In this document: positions 9,691 to 18,955 of the stretch, in pieces
Layout: every line of letters starts with the position of its first letter
Position numbering within the stretch: the first letter of the stretch is position 1
Assembly (NCBI GenBank): GCA_002421685.1
Contig: DISB01000016.1
Location: forward strand, 378,549 to 442,548
Direction of reading: 5' to 3'
Length of the DNA: 64,000 bases
Origin: Bacteroidetes bacterium UBA6221
GTDB taxonomy: Bacteria > Bacteroidota > Bacteroidia > Chitinophagales > Chitinophagaceae
Notes under the pieces: model-generated
Told to the model about the DNA's origin: nothing
What the model saw: only the letters and a program-made list of their open reading frames with translations
Database searches by the model: none
Translations under genes and position numbers: made by a program

Positions 9691-10404
9691 TTATTCGGTT
9701 ATTGTTAGTAGGTGATATCTTGCATATTTATGAGCTAATGAAAATTTTTCGTTTTCATGTTTAAAAAACCTGTCAGTCAAGATTTTTGACTTGTCAAATT
9801 GGTATTTAAAATCAGTAATACGGTAGATGCGGCTATAGCCAGCATTTTCTCCAAATTTATTTTTCTCCTCAACTTCAAACTCTATGCTTTTGATTAATAA
9901 AGTTTGTTTTTCAATTTCAACTGTAAACCCGGCGAAGTCGTGATTTCTGAAAACCACATCTATTTTGTGGTTCCCGTTTGGCAATATCTTAGAGCTGAAC
10001 GTGCCATGCTGCGCAATAATTGAATCGGATATATCTATAATATTGGGTTGAATTATATCGGAGGAAGATAAACCGAGCTTTTCCTTAAGTACTTCAATCG
10101 TCGAAACGGTTATTGTCCGGGATGGCATGTCTACTTTGCAGTAGTATTTCTTATTTACTATTGATATGGACGATGCATTACTGTCTATATAACCATCTGC
10201 ATTTTTGTAATACTGCCCGACTATGCTATCCTCAATCTTATTTTCAACTACATTTTTCAGGAACACTTTATAATTATATGCAAGAACAGGCTTGTCATTC
10301 GATTTTTTGATTTTATCGAATAAACTACTGGTAAATGTCTGTGCAGTCATATACTGAACACCCGACATAGCGATTAAACTGAGCAATAAGAGGTATTTTT
10401 TCAT
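9691..10404 (-). CDS. Secreted 237-aa protein of unknown function, encoded between the two giant genes
   Basis: ORF with signal-peptide-like N-terminus MKKYLLLLSLIAMSGVQYMTAQ. It starts 7 nt after the upstream stop and ends 12 nt before the RHS gene start. Confidence 0.8.
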   Translation of the reverse strand: MKKYLLLLSLIAMSGVQYMTAQTFTSSLFDKIKKSNDKPVLAYNYKVFLKNVVENKIEDSIVGQYYKNADGYIDSNASSISIVNKKYYCKVDMPSRTITVSTIEVLKEKLGLSSSDIIQPNIIDISDSIIAQHGTFSSKILPNGNHKIDVVFRNHDFAGFTVEIEKQTLLIKSIEFEVEEKNKFGENAGYSRIYRITDFKYQFDKSKILTDRFFKHENEKFSLAHKYARYHLLTITE

Positions 10405-10411
10405 GCTGTCA

Positions 10412-13400
10412 CTATTTTTTCTGGTTCGAGCGCCTGCTTTCGCTTATAGTTACAATGCCCTGCTCTGTTTCTTTTTTCACCCTGATTAATAAGCCCTGCT
10501 GATCGTACTCATAAAAAGTTGAAAAATTATTCTCATCCTGCTCTGCAATCAATTTGAAAGAAGCCGGGTCATACACAAATGACTTTACAGTTGCATCTAT
10601 CGGAACAAATCGGATATCGTCAAAATAAGCTCCGGCCGGCAACCTGATAGCAACTCCTGTCCATACACCTGCCATATTTATTTCACATTCTGCCTTATAC
10701 CACCCATCTATGTTTCCTGTTTTTAACTGGAAAGGGTATTGATTACCTCCGAGTATCATTTTTGTATTCGAAGCTACTGTTGCCGCGCTGCCTGATGTCG
10801 CCTTCAGCCAAAGGCTTACAATATATTTCCTGGCCCCGTCCAACGAAAAGTTCTTCGTGTTTACCCAAGGTGTCGGCGAGTTATATCCGGCATCTTTTAT
10901 TTCGGGCGATATGCTCCTGACATTTATATCAAAATCCTGGTTGTTGCTGCAATACAATGAGTAGGTACCTGTATGACTTTCACTGGATGTAATAGTGTTA
11001 CCGGATGAGGCAGTGAGATTCAACCTCACATAGTCCTGCTTATAACGGGTAACAGTACTCTGCACGCTATTGAATGCCTTTGCAAAAGGAGTAAAGTAGT
11101 AATATGAGCCCTGGTATAGTCCGCGAAGGTATTTAGGCACCATAATATTATAATCCTCAAACCCTTCAAAACAGAAACCTTTTTGCCTTACATTAGAGCC
11201 TACGGCTACCGGCAATGATTTGTTATAGCCATACTGGGCACTTGAATATTTACCCGTAGCATCCACTTCTTCTATTGCATTACTAAAGACATCATACTTC
11301 AGAATCTTACTCTGTGCAATCCATTTTGATGTATTATCCGGTACGATTCCGTCAATTACGGTTCTGTTTGCCACCAGGTAGCTCCAGAATTCATTGCCAG
11401 AAATACTGTACGTACCATCCTCGCTAATATTACCTTGGGAATAGTCCCTGTTTGCATTGTAAGCGTAACTTTTAACAGGCCTGTAATTACCCTTATGGCC
11501 TAAAACATATCGGTTCATAATCTTCATATCCTTATCGGTAACCGACACAGGGTATATATACGGATTATAAACACCATACGTTATAAGTTGAGAGTCTCCG
11601 TAATCAGAACTATACGGAGCTGCCACGTCTGAGAACTCTGTTACCGAAAGGTTCAACACTTTACCGTATGCAGCATTAGCGTCAATAAGTCCGCTAACAC
11701 TTGTAGTATAAGGGTTAGATGTCAATGTAGCGGATTGTACATGCTGATCGAGGTTATTACGACGGCCTGAACGTAAAACTTTAACGAATACGTCATTTAC
11801 CTTGCTACCCGTCGTTAAGCCGCCAGGCCAGAGCACATTTCCGTTTGCATCTTTCAAAGCCCTTAATACCACCTGCCTGAATGGTTGTGTCTGAACATAA
11901 TCAACCGAATCAACAGTATCGCACTGCACCCTGTTACGTGGATATGGTTCATAATAAGAGTAGCAATAAAATCCCGGTGGTAAGAAAGGCTGTATAGACG
12001 GTGTATTATTGACCGGGTTATGGGCTTTCCAATTATCTTCATCGTCCACCACCCACGCTTTTACTTTGTGTGTAACACTATTTTCTGTATAGGTCAACAG
12101 TAGTTCGTCCCCCGGCGTAAACCTGTCCCTGTTAAGGAACAGCCGCCCGTAATAAGAATCATACAACTGGTGTCTTTCGATAACGAGTGAATCAGCCTTT
12201 TCTTCATAACCTATATTTGTATAAGCAGGCTGCATGCCCTCATATGCCCAGTATGCCGGGATATTTAGATTATAATTCCCCTTAAACTGGCTGCCTGAAC
12301 TATATTCGTTATTAGTACGGGTGAGCAATACCGCCCCTGTTTCGCTATCATACAGCAAATTTTCAGTCTTAATTTTTGCACCATGGTCATATGTTTCTAT
12401 AGAATTGAGTATACCATATTTCTGTATGATTTTAGTTGAAACCATTGACCTGAATATTGTTTTCTCCTCTTTATCAGGGAAAAAGGCAGTGGGTATAGGT
12501 ATAGGAACAAAAACGAACAAAACCACATTGACATTTATATCAACATTTCGACGGTACGCCCTTATATCCCTTTCCCTGCTGTCTATTGTGAAGTCCATTT
12601 CTTCTCCAAGTCTAATGGGCTGAACAGTATATCCTCCGGCAGTACCCCTTGTCCGTACTACTGCATTTACCTGGTTATCAAGCTTACCTTTACTATCAAT
12701 CTGATATTTGTAAGTCATACCCGACACTTTTTCCCTTTTAACATTAGAGCCGTCTGTATGAATGATATAATAACTTGTCTCTTTAGGTTTACCGTGCATG
12801 TCATTAAACTTCAGCACATACCCCTGCATGGCTTTTACTTCTTCGTACTTTTTTCGCAGTGTTTTGGTTTTAACAGGAGATGGGGCGTCTTTCTCCGTAT
12901 AATCTACCTCAATCGGGAACTCCTTGGCTGTGTAAAAGGTATGTTCTTCCTCAGACTGGGCAGAACGTGCGTTGCCAATGTGTATACTTCTGACTGTTAT
13001 CTTGCTATAGCCCACAACCGGCGGCGGGAAAAATGATTCTCCAAAAGGTTCTTCCTGGAAAAACTTTATAGCTGGTAATAGTCGCCCTGCGCTGCCTGTA
13101 TAGGGAACAGGAGCTTTGAACGGATTTTCATCACCACCTATCATCGGCTCATAACTCGCAACACCGGTGCTGACATTTTTATCCCATTTACTGTCCCATT
13201 CTGTATAGTCATATGTTTTGCCATAGCTGGCATCTGCACCACCGGCAAGTACACTCCAATTATCATTAAGTGTCAGTTCTTTAACCCTGAGCCCACCGCC
13301 ATCTTTTGTGAGCCCGGGCACATTTAGCCTCACCCACGATTTAGACGTAATAATGCTCCTGGCTTTTTTGTCTTTTTCTACAAATCTGACTATAGGATTC

Positions 13401-16400
13401 TTAGCTATTGTCAATAGCTCTGTGGCCGAGGCTTTTAATCCCTGCAATATTTGTATTGCGCCACCACCTCCACTATAACCGGGATAGATAATATGTGGCA
13501 GATAATGCCGGCCAATATTGAGTCCGTATATAGTAGCAGGGTGTAACAGATGATTGCTATTGCTTCCCGGACGCTCGCGTTTCAATCTTACGTAACCATA
13601 ATTATTGTCGTTGGAACATATGCCTACTTCTTCTATTTCCGCATATCCCTTTATGTGCTCGTACTTACCTTTGCCTGTTATATCCAGGTTAAAGCTATAA
13701 TATAATGTGTTTGTATTTTCAAGGTAATTGTCTTTCATAGACAGTGCCGAATTTTCACGGTCTATTCTTCTTTTGAAATAGACGTAGTTATTTACCTTGC
13801 TTACACTTTCATATAAATTCGCTTTTTGTTCAAAGTTTGCAGTATTACCCACGCCCTCAACTTTAAACATTTGCATACTCCGCTTGTTCTGAACATATGA
13901 ATAATCATCACTTTCATACTCTACGTGTATTTTACCTCCTGAGGGCAACTTTATATCAGTGAGCGACCACGCTCCCACATTAGCATCAGCACTACCATCC
14001 TGATTGACATATGGATACTCAAAACTGCCTAACCCTGAAAATAAAGGTTGATAATTACCCCACCTGTCTTTTAAAGCAAAATTGTATTGCGGATTTAACC
14101 CATTATATGAAAAGACGTATGGGCTGAGTAGATTCTTATTTGAACTTCCATATTTTATATAAATTCTTTCAAGAGTAAGCTTCCCGCCATCATAAGTATT
14201 CGCCTCGTTGCTATTAGGTGAAAAGGAGTTGGGTATCCCCTTACATAACCTGTAAGAATACCTGAAAATAACAGTTTTAATCGGTACTGCTGAATTACCG
14301 GACTCGTTTATATACCGGTCATGTTTATTGTACAACTTGATTGAGTCAAGTTTATACGAGCGTTGGTTTTCGGAACTTGACCCGGCATACATACCTCCTA
14401 CATCTACTGTACTACCTGATGGTAATATAGCGGCGGTCACACCCTTGCCATCTTCACGTTCAGAAGTATAGAACTCAGCGACATAGTTTTTTGTTTCGAT
14501 AGAGCGTATATGCCATATCTGCTTTGATCCAGCGATATAGCTCCCCTTATCATCATCTCCATCAGACCAAAAACCGGGATTGTATTGTGCAGAATCGGAA
14601 TTATACGGCGCACGCCACCTGTAATCATCGTGAGCACGTGTGTAATTTATCTTTGTAAAACTTCCCAGGTCATCATCAGTGGGCCCATCTCCCAATACAT
14701 CTACATAATCTTTAGAGAGTACTGAAGTCAGCAGGTAGCTATATGCGTATGCGGGTTTACCGGTATGAGAATAAAAATTCTCCTTACCCTTACTATTATT
14801 TTTCGTATCGTCTCCGTTATCAATCTTTACTAAACCATTAGCAAGGTTAGCGTTGCCTGATGACACATTGAAAGACACCTCGCGGGTAACATGGTTTAAA
14901 GCCGGAATACCGTAGATATACCGGCGTCCGTCCGGCAATGTCTGGGTAAACTCGGTAAGATGATGCGCCTTTGCCTGGTTAGCATTTGTACCATATCTAT
15001 TTTCTTCGGTAACAGCAGGATTGGAAAAAGGCTGTGACACTCCGTCACTAAAGCTGATGATTTTTTTATGCTGTGCAACGTCGTTCACATCAGCTTCGGC
15101 TGAAGTGATGAAAGAGAGTAAATTGGCCCTGGTTGTCCTATCTGTTGCACTACCTGTATATACATAACTATTCCCAAACTTTCCGGGCATTGAGCCGGCC
15201 CCTGCTCTCCCCTTTGTATACAAAGTATTTTCGTTTTCACCCAAGTAAAGTGCCTTCTCGTTAAACAGGCTGGTTGTCAGTTGTTGATTATTATAGGTCA
15301 ATTCACCTGCTTGCTTAAAATACACCTTTTCATATAAGCTACCGGTATCCTTTGCACGAAAAGGTAACATCTTCCAGGGGCCGGATTTATTCTCATTATC
15401 ATAAAAAGTCAAGTCAGTACCCAGCTCAAACAAGTTACCCAGACCGGCTTCTATTTTAACATCAAAACTTGTGCTTTTAGGAGGGTTAACAAACGGGTCG
15501 AAAACGGTGCCAATATCATTTCGGTATGGGCGGAACATGCCGCCTGTGCCCTGTCCGCTTATTGAATACACGTCGTATGTCATTGATGAAAGGGGGAGAT
15601 TTTTCAATGTATTATTGTAATACCCGTCATTATCACGGCTAAAATCCATAATACCTTCTTTAGGCGCATTTTCAGAATATAAGTACCCATACGCCTGCCT
15701 TGAACCATCTTGCCCGTACTTCAGCGTAGACTTCATAATACTTAAGTGTACATTAGGGAAAGCATAGAATATCTCTCCACCAAAACGTGTTTGAAACTGG
15801 AATGTTTTTTGCACACTTTCATTAGTAATCACCGGCACATAGTTCTGTAAACCTATAGGTATTGAAGAACCAAAAGACGCGCCTGCAATGCTCTGAGAGT
15901 GATACTTCCTCTCTACCTTATTAGTCTTCTCATTAAATCTTTCTCTCTTATATGATTGCGAGGCGCTGGCATTTATTCCGAATGACAAGTCTTTCAAACC
16001 CGTTCTTGAGTTGAAGCCTGTTCCTCCTGAAATTCCAATACCGGCTCCTACATCTTCGGTAATGGTCATAGGAATGCTCAACCCTGCATTCACGTCAATA
16101 TCAGCGCCCGACTGAGACCCGAGTCCGATATCAACACCGGCACTAGCAACAGGAGTAGATACAGTAACACCTGCATTAACACCCACACTCACCCCCTTGT
16201 AATTATTGAATGCGATATAGTTGCCTACACCAATAGATAAATTAATACCGTATTGGTTGGGATTGAAGCCAAACAACTCTGCAGAAACATTTGCACCAAC
16301 TGCTATGCGCCAATCAGTTTCTTCATTAATATTCAGTGTTTTTTCGACAGTTTCTCCATTATAATCATCTGGTAGGCCCCTTACAGAACGATTTATTTCT

Positions 16401-16693
16401 CCTGGATTGATATTCCAGCCTAAACCTACCCAACTTGCCTCTTGTTCTATTCCAACACCCGCATGATATGAAATATTAATCGGGAAACCCTCAACATCCA
16501 TTAACGGTATATTGTATGTGAAGTCCCCAGAAAACATATCTACCATATCCGTGGTACCTACAGGCTCAAAGCTTTGTACTTCCGGCGTAGACGGGCCACT
16601 GGTAAGCGCCAGTGCGTAATTAGGGAAAAACAATTGGTAGGTGAATGAAAGAAAAAGCACTTTTGCTGTTGTCTTTATGAGGGTCGTTTTCAT
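10412..16693 (-). CDS. Giant (2093 aa) secreted protein with an SpvB/TcB-type N-terminal domain, a Gly-rich segment, degenerate YD-like repeats and a C-terminal jelly-roll-like region plus a final YD repeat
   Basis: Signal-like N-terminus. FSGDFTYNIPLMDVEGFPINISYHAGVGIEQEASWVGLGWNINPGEINRSVRGLPDDYNGE matches the SpvB N-terminal consensus (GxxxYxIPI...LxLxY...GxGWxL...I.R....G.P.Y). Scattered YD-like repeats are present: TYKYQIDSKGKLDNQ, LLYDSETGAVLLT, LKYDVFSNAIEEVDATGKY, FYEYDQQGLLIRV. YFDDIRFVP lies near the C-terminus. Confidence 0.88.
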   Translation of the reverse strand: MKTTLIKTTAKVLFLSFTYQLFFPNYALALTSGPSTPEVQSFEPVGTTDMVDMFSGDFTYNIPLMDVEGFPINISYHAGVGIEQEASWVGLGWNINPGEINRSVRGLPDDYNGETVEKTLNINEETDWRIAVGANVSAELFGFNPNQYGINLSIGVGNYIAFNNYKGVSVGVNAGVTVSTPVASAGVDIGLGSQSGADIDVNAGLSIPMTITEDVGAGIGISGGTGFNSRTGLKDLSFGINASASQSYKRERFNEKTNKVERKYHSQSIAGASFGSSIPIGLQNYVPVITNESVQKTFQFQTRFGGEIFYAFPNVHLSIMKSTLKYGQDGSRQAYGYLYSENAPKEGIMDFSRDNDGYYNNTLKNLPLSSMTYDVYSISGQGTGGMFRPYRNDIGTVFDPFVNPPKSTSFDVKIEAGLGNLFELGTDLTFYDNENKSGPWKMLPFRAKDTGSLYEKVYFKQAGELTYNNQQLTTSLFNEKALYLGENENTLYTKGRAGAGSMPGKFGNSYVYTGSATDRTTRANLLSFITSAEADVNDVAQHKKIISFSDGVSQPFSNPAVTEENRYGTNANQAKAHHLTEFTQTLPDGRRYIYGIPALNHVTREVSFNVSSGNANLANGLVKIDNGDDTKNNSKGKENFYSHTGKPAYAYSYLLTSVLSKDYVDVLGDGPTDDDLGSFTKINYTRAHDDYRWRAPYNSDSAQYNPGFWSDGDDDKGSYIAGSKQIWHIRSIETKNYVAEFYTSEREDGKGVTAAILPSGSTVDVGGMYAGSSSENQRSYKLDSIKLYNKHDRYINESGNSAVPIKTVIFRYSYRLCKGIPNSFSPNSNEANTYDGGKLTLERIYIKYGSSNKNLLSPYVFSYNGLNPQYNFALKDRWGNYQPLFSGLGSFEYPYVNQDGSADANVGAWSLTDIKLPSGGKIHVEYESDDYSYVQNKRSMQMFKVEGVGNTANFEQKANLYESVSKVNNYVYFKRRIDRENSALSMKDNYLENTNTLYYSFNLDITGKGKYEHIKGYAEIEEVGICSNDNNYGYVRLKRERPGSNSNHLLHPATIYGLNIGRHYLPHIIYPGYSGGGGAIQILQGLKASATELLTIAKNPIVRFVEKDKKARSIITSKSWVRLNVPGLTKDGGGLRVKELTLNDNWSVLAGGADASYGKTYDYTEWDSKWDKNVSTGVASYEPMIGGDENPFKAPVPYTGSAGRLLPAIKFFQEEPFGESFFPPPVVGYSKITVRSIHIGNARSAQSEEEHTFYTAKEFPIEVDYTEKDAPSPVKTKTLRKKYEEVKAMQGYVLKFNDMHGKPKETSYYIIHTDGSNVKREKVSGMTYKYQIDSKGKLDNQVNAVVRTRGTAGGYTVQPIRLGEEMDFTIDSRERDIRAYRRNVDINVNVVLFVFVPIPIPTAFFPDKEEKTIFRSMVSTKIIQKYGILNSIETYDHGAKIKTENLLYDSETGAVLLTRTNNEYSSGSQFKGNYNLNIPAYWAYEGMQPAYTNIGYEEKADSLVIERHQLYDSYYGRLFLNRDRFTPGDELLLTYTENSVTHKVKAWVVDDEDNWKAHNPVNNTPSIQPFLPPGFYCYSYYEPYPRNRVQCDTVDSVDYVQTQPFRQVVLRALKDANGNVLWPGGLTTGSKVNDVFVKVLRSGRRNNLDQHVQSATLTSNPYTTSVSGLIDANAAYGKVLNLSVTEFSDVAAPYSSDYGDSQLITYGVYNPYIYPVSVTDKDMKIMNRYVLGHKGNYRPVKSYAYNANRDYSQGNISEDGTYSISGNEFWSYLVANRTVIDGIVPDNTSKWIAQSKILKYDVFSNAIEEVDATGKYSSAQYGYNKSLPVAVGSNVRQKGFCFEGFEDYNIMVPKYLRGLYQGSYYYFTPFAKAFNSVQSTVTRYKQDYVRLNLTASSGNTITSSESHTGTYSLYCSNNQDFDINVRSISPEIKDAGYNSPTPWVNTKNFSLDGARKYIVSLWLKATSGSAATVASNTKMILGGNQYPFQLKTGNIDGWYKAECEINMAGVWTGVAIRLPAGAYFDDIRFVPIDATVKSFVYDPASFKLIAEQDENNFSTFYEYDQQGLLIRVKKETEQGIVTISESRRSNQKK
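16363..16606 (-). other. SpvB/TcB-like N-terminal domain coding segment of the 2093-aa gene (about aa 30-110)
   Basis: Motif match described for the parent CDS. Coordinates were derived from the amino-acid index. Confidence 0.7.
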
Positions 16694-16700
16694 ACGGCTG

Positions 16701-17303
16701 CTATTTTATCACTAACGTGGGTAAATTTTTTAAAGTTTTTTTTGAATAAGTCGCTTGTATATATGGATTGTCATTGTACCGGTCATTAAAAACCAGTTTC
16801 AGGCCAGACTGTAATTCCGGCAGTTGAAAGCCCACCACAATGGTATTATATGGTGCAAGACCATAGTTATCTTCATAATGATATGTGGCAGGAAAAAACT
16901 GCTGTTCATCGCAGAAAAGCGATATGTCATTTGCTGCTAATGACTGGTAATACATTATCATTTCACCTGCTTTTTGCTTCTTCTGAATATCGTCAATCAC
17001 ACTTCCGCCAAGGTCATTTTTGGATACATTAATGATGAAAAAAATGTGCCCCTCTAATTCATTAATCCTGCTCTTTAATAGCTCTGTATTTGTATCTTGT
17101 AGTTGTTCACTATATTCTCTGCATGCCATGTAGTCAGCTGTAGCCAGCTGTATGATATACTCCGTATTTCCACTAATGATAGTCTGCCGGGTTGAGTTAT
17201 TGCTCTCCATGTATCTGAGATATTTTGCCGGCTGCAAATCACCACTTGTATTGCAGCTGAACAAATACATACATAAAAGCAGTAGTTTAATTACCTTTTG
17301 CAT
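16701..17303 (-). CDS. Lipoprotein (200 aa), unknown function
   Basis: Lipobox-like N-terminus MQKVIKLLLLCMYLFSC. The start overlaps the upstream Skp-like gene by 17 nt, and the stop lies 7 nt before the 2093-aa gene start. Confidence 0.8.
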   Translation of the reverse strand: MQKVIKLLLLCMYLFSCNTSGDLQPAKYLRYMESNNSTRQTIISGNTEYIIQLATADYMACREYSEQLQDTNTELLKSRINELEGHIFFIINVSKNDLGGSVIDDIQKKQKAGEMIMYYQSLAANDISLFCDEQQFFPATYHYEDNYGLAPYNTIVVGFQLPELQSGLKLVFNDRYNDNPYIQATYSKKTLKNLPTLVIK

Positions 17304-17793
17304 ATTTTTTGTTTACATAATCAGTTAAATCATCAGTCAGATCGCGCTTTTCATCTGCATATAACAATGATCCTGCACCATTAGCGCCAATTAGCAGCAT
17401 CAACTGTTTATCTTTCCCATATTGTTCAATAACTGGATTAAGTCTTTCCCAAATTTTTACGTTTATTTCCTTGTTCGACTTGGCATAATAGTCATTGAAA
17501 ACCTGCTGTGCATATATTACCTGGCTATCCAGGTGCGCATTATTCCCGACAACCTTTTGTAACATCTTCAGGCTATCTATGGCTTCACGTATTTTATATA
17601 GATTCTGGGCTGCGGCATTTTCGAGGTCTTTTTTGAATTCATAATTTTCGGCCAACCTGCCAATATCAATGTATGCTACGTCTTTTTTAGACATAAAATT
17701 CCCGATTGCATAAATTGCGAGCAGCAATACAGCTACGCATATTAAGTACAATAGCGCTTTATCCAGTTTATTAAATTTTACAGATTGGGTCAT
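17287..17793 (-). CDS. OmpH/Skp-family periplasmic chaperone-like protein (168 aa) with an N-terminal membrane anchor or uncleaved signal
   Basis: Hydrophobic segment ALLYLICVAVLLLAIYAIGNF. This is followed by VAYIDIGRL..., a long helical middle, and LMLLIGANGAGSLLYADEKRDLTDDLTDYVNKKY, which is typical of Bacteroidota OmpH-family C-termini (..vL......lLYad...DiT..v...lN). Confidence 0.75.
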   Translation of the reverse strand: MTQSVKFNKLDKALLYLICVAVLLLAIYAIGNFMSKKDVAYIDIGRLAENYEFKKDLENAAAQNLYKIREAIDSLKMLQKVVGNNAHLDSQVIYAQQVFNDYYAKSNKEINVKIWERLNPVIEQYGKDKQLMLLIGANGAGSLLYADEKRDLTDDLTDYVNKKYAKGN

Positions 17794-18932
17794 CTTACAA
17801 ATAATGGATTATAGTACATAAATGGAACGATAAATAACTCACCTTTTCTTGTTCTGATTTCTAGTTCATATTTAGACGTATGCTTAAGGTTTACACGATC
17901 ATGAAGTTTAATAGTAAACCAATTATAGCCATTCTTCATAGGCATTAGATTATCTTTCACAGGCACTTCATCTCCTTTTTCATTTAGTATCCTGATTGCC
18001 AATGTGTCGTTTGGTATATCACTCCTGTACTTCAATTTTATTTCCCCGGTTGCATTTAGCCGGGTGTCCCCAATGTGATTTTCAAACTCGTAATATGACT
18101 GATTTGCAACTACTTCTTTCAATAAAGTATCCTCAATAATTGTAAACCTCCATGGTTCGGCGCCACCTAGAAGTATATTTTTATAGTATGCATCCACAGT
18201 CCACACATAGGGTTGATATTTTTTCAAACTTCTTGCAGTAACAGGATACATCAGGCTGTATCCAATCAATCCTTTTTCCTGAAATATGGGATTGTTTCGT
18301 GTAATTGCTGAGATATTGTTCTGGTTTTCCTTGAGCTCTACAAGCCTTAGTTTGTAGTTTAATTGTGATGCAATAGGATGATTTACTACCCACGACAGCA
18401 TCGGGTTCATTTCATATATTTTTGCGTTATCTTCAGGATCAATCAGGTTAATAAGAAAGATATCACCTACCGTCTGGTATATACAACCGTCAAATAATGA
18501 TTCATTGTGGTTTTCAGAGTGTAATGTATTCAAGTCAATTTCTACACAATACTCATAAGTTCCCTGCGGCAATTTTTTGTGATATAAAAACAACTCTTTA
18601 AAAGCATTATCAGAAAAACTCCATTGGGGGCTATTAGCCTTTTCCTTTGACATCCTATTTACCCCGGGCTCTATAGTTGTCCTGTACGTGTAAGCAAAAC
18701 GTAACGACATATTTTTGTACTTTAGAGAACCTCTTACAACTGCCTCAATTCTTCGATTGCTGTTGTTCATTAACTGATAATTAAAGACGTTGTCCGGCGT
18801 TATCTCGAGCCCGTCCAGCAATGTCAAATCAACGACAATATTATATTGAGCTTCAGACCTGTATGGCAGACTACACAAAATCAGTGCATACAATAAAAAC
18901 TTTTTGCACCGGGATACAAGCAGAGTATTCAT
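17790..18932 (-). CDS. Secreted 380-aa protein, unknown function. It shares a beta-sandwich-like motif with the N-terminus of the 937-aa protein.
   Basis: Signal-like N-terminus MNTLLVSRCKKFLLYALILCSLPYRSEAQ. The stop overlaps the Skp-like start by 4 nt (ATGA). The motif AFKELFLYHKKLPQGTYEYCVEI resembles SFFELLKSTGEVPPGTYHMHVAL in the 937-aa protein. Confidence 0.8.
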   Translation of the reverse strand: MNTLLVSRCKKFLLYALILCSLPYRSEAQYNIVVDLTLLDGLEITPDNVFNYQLMNNSNRRIEAVVRGSLKYKNMSLRFAYTYRTTIEPGVNRMSKEKANSPQWSFSDNAFKELFLYHKKLPQGTYEYCVEIDLNTLHSENHNESLFDGCIYQTVGDIFLINLIDPEDNAKIYEMNPMLSWVVNHPIASQLNYKLRLVELKENQNNISAITRNNPIFQEKGLIGYSLMYPVTARSLKKYQPYVWTVDAYYKNILLGGAEPWRFTIIEDTLLKEVVANQSYYEFENHIGDTRLNATGEIKLKYRSDIPNDTLAIRILNEKGDEVPVKDNLMPMKNGYNWFTIKLHDRVNLKHTSKYELEIRTRKGELFIVPFMYYNPLFVR

Positions 18933-18955
18933 AAGATAATTTTTTAGGTCATTAA

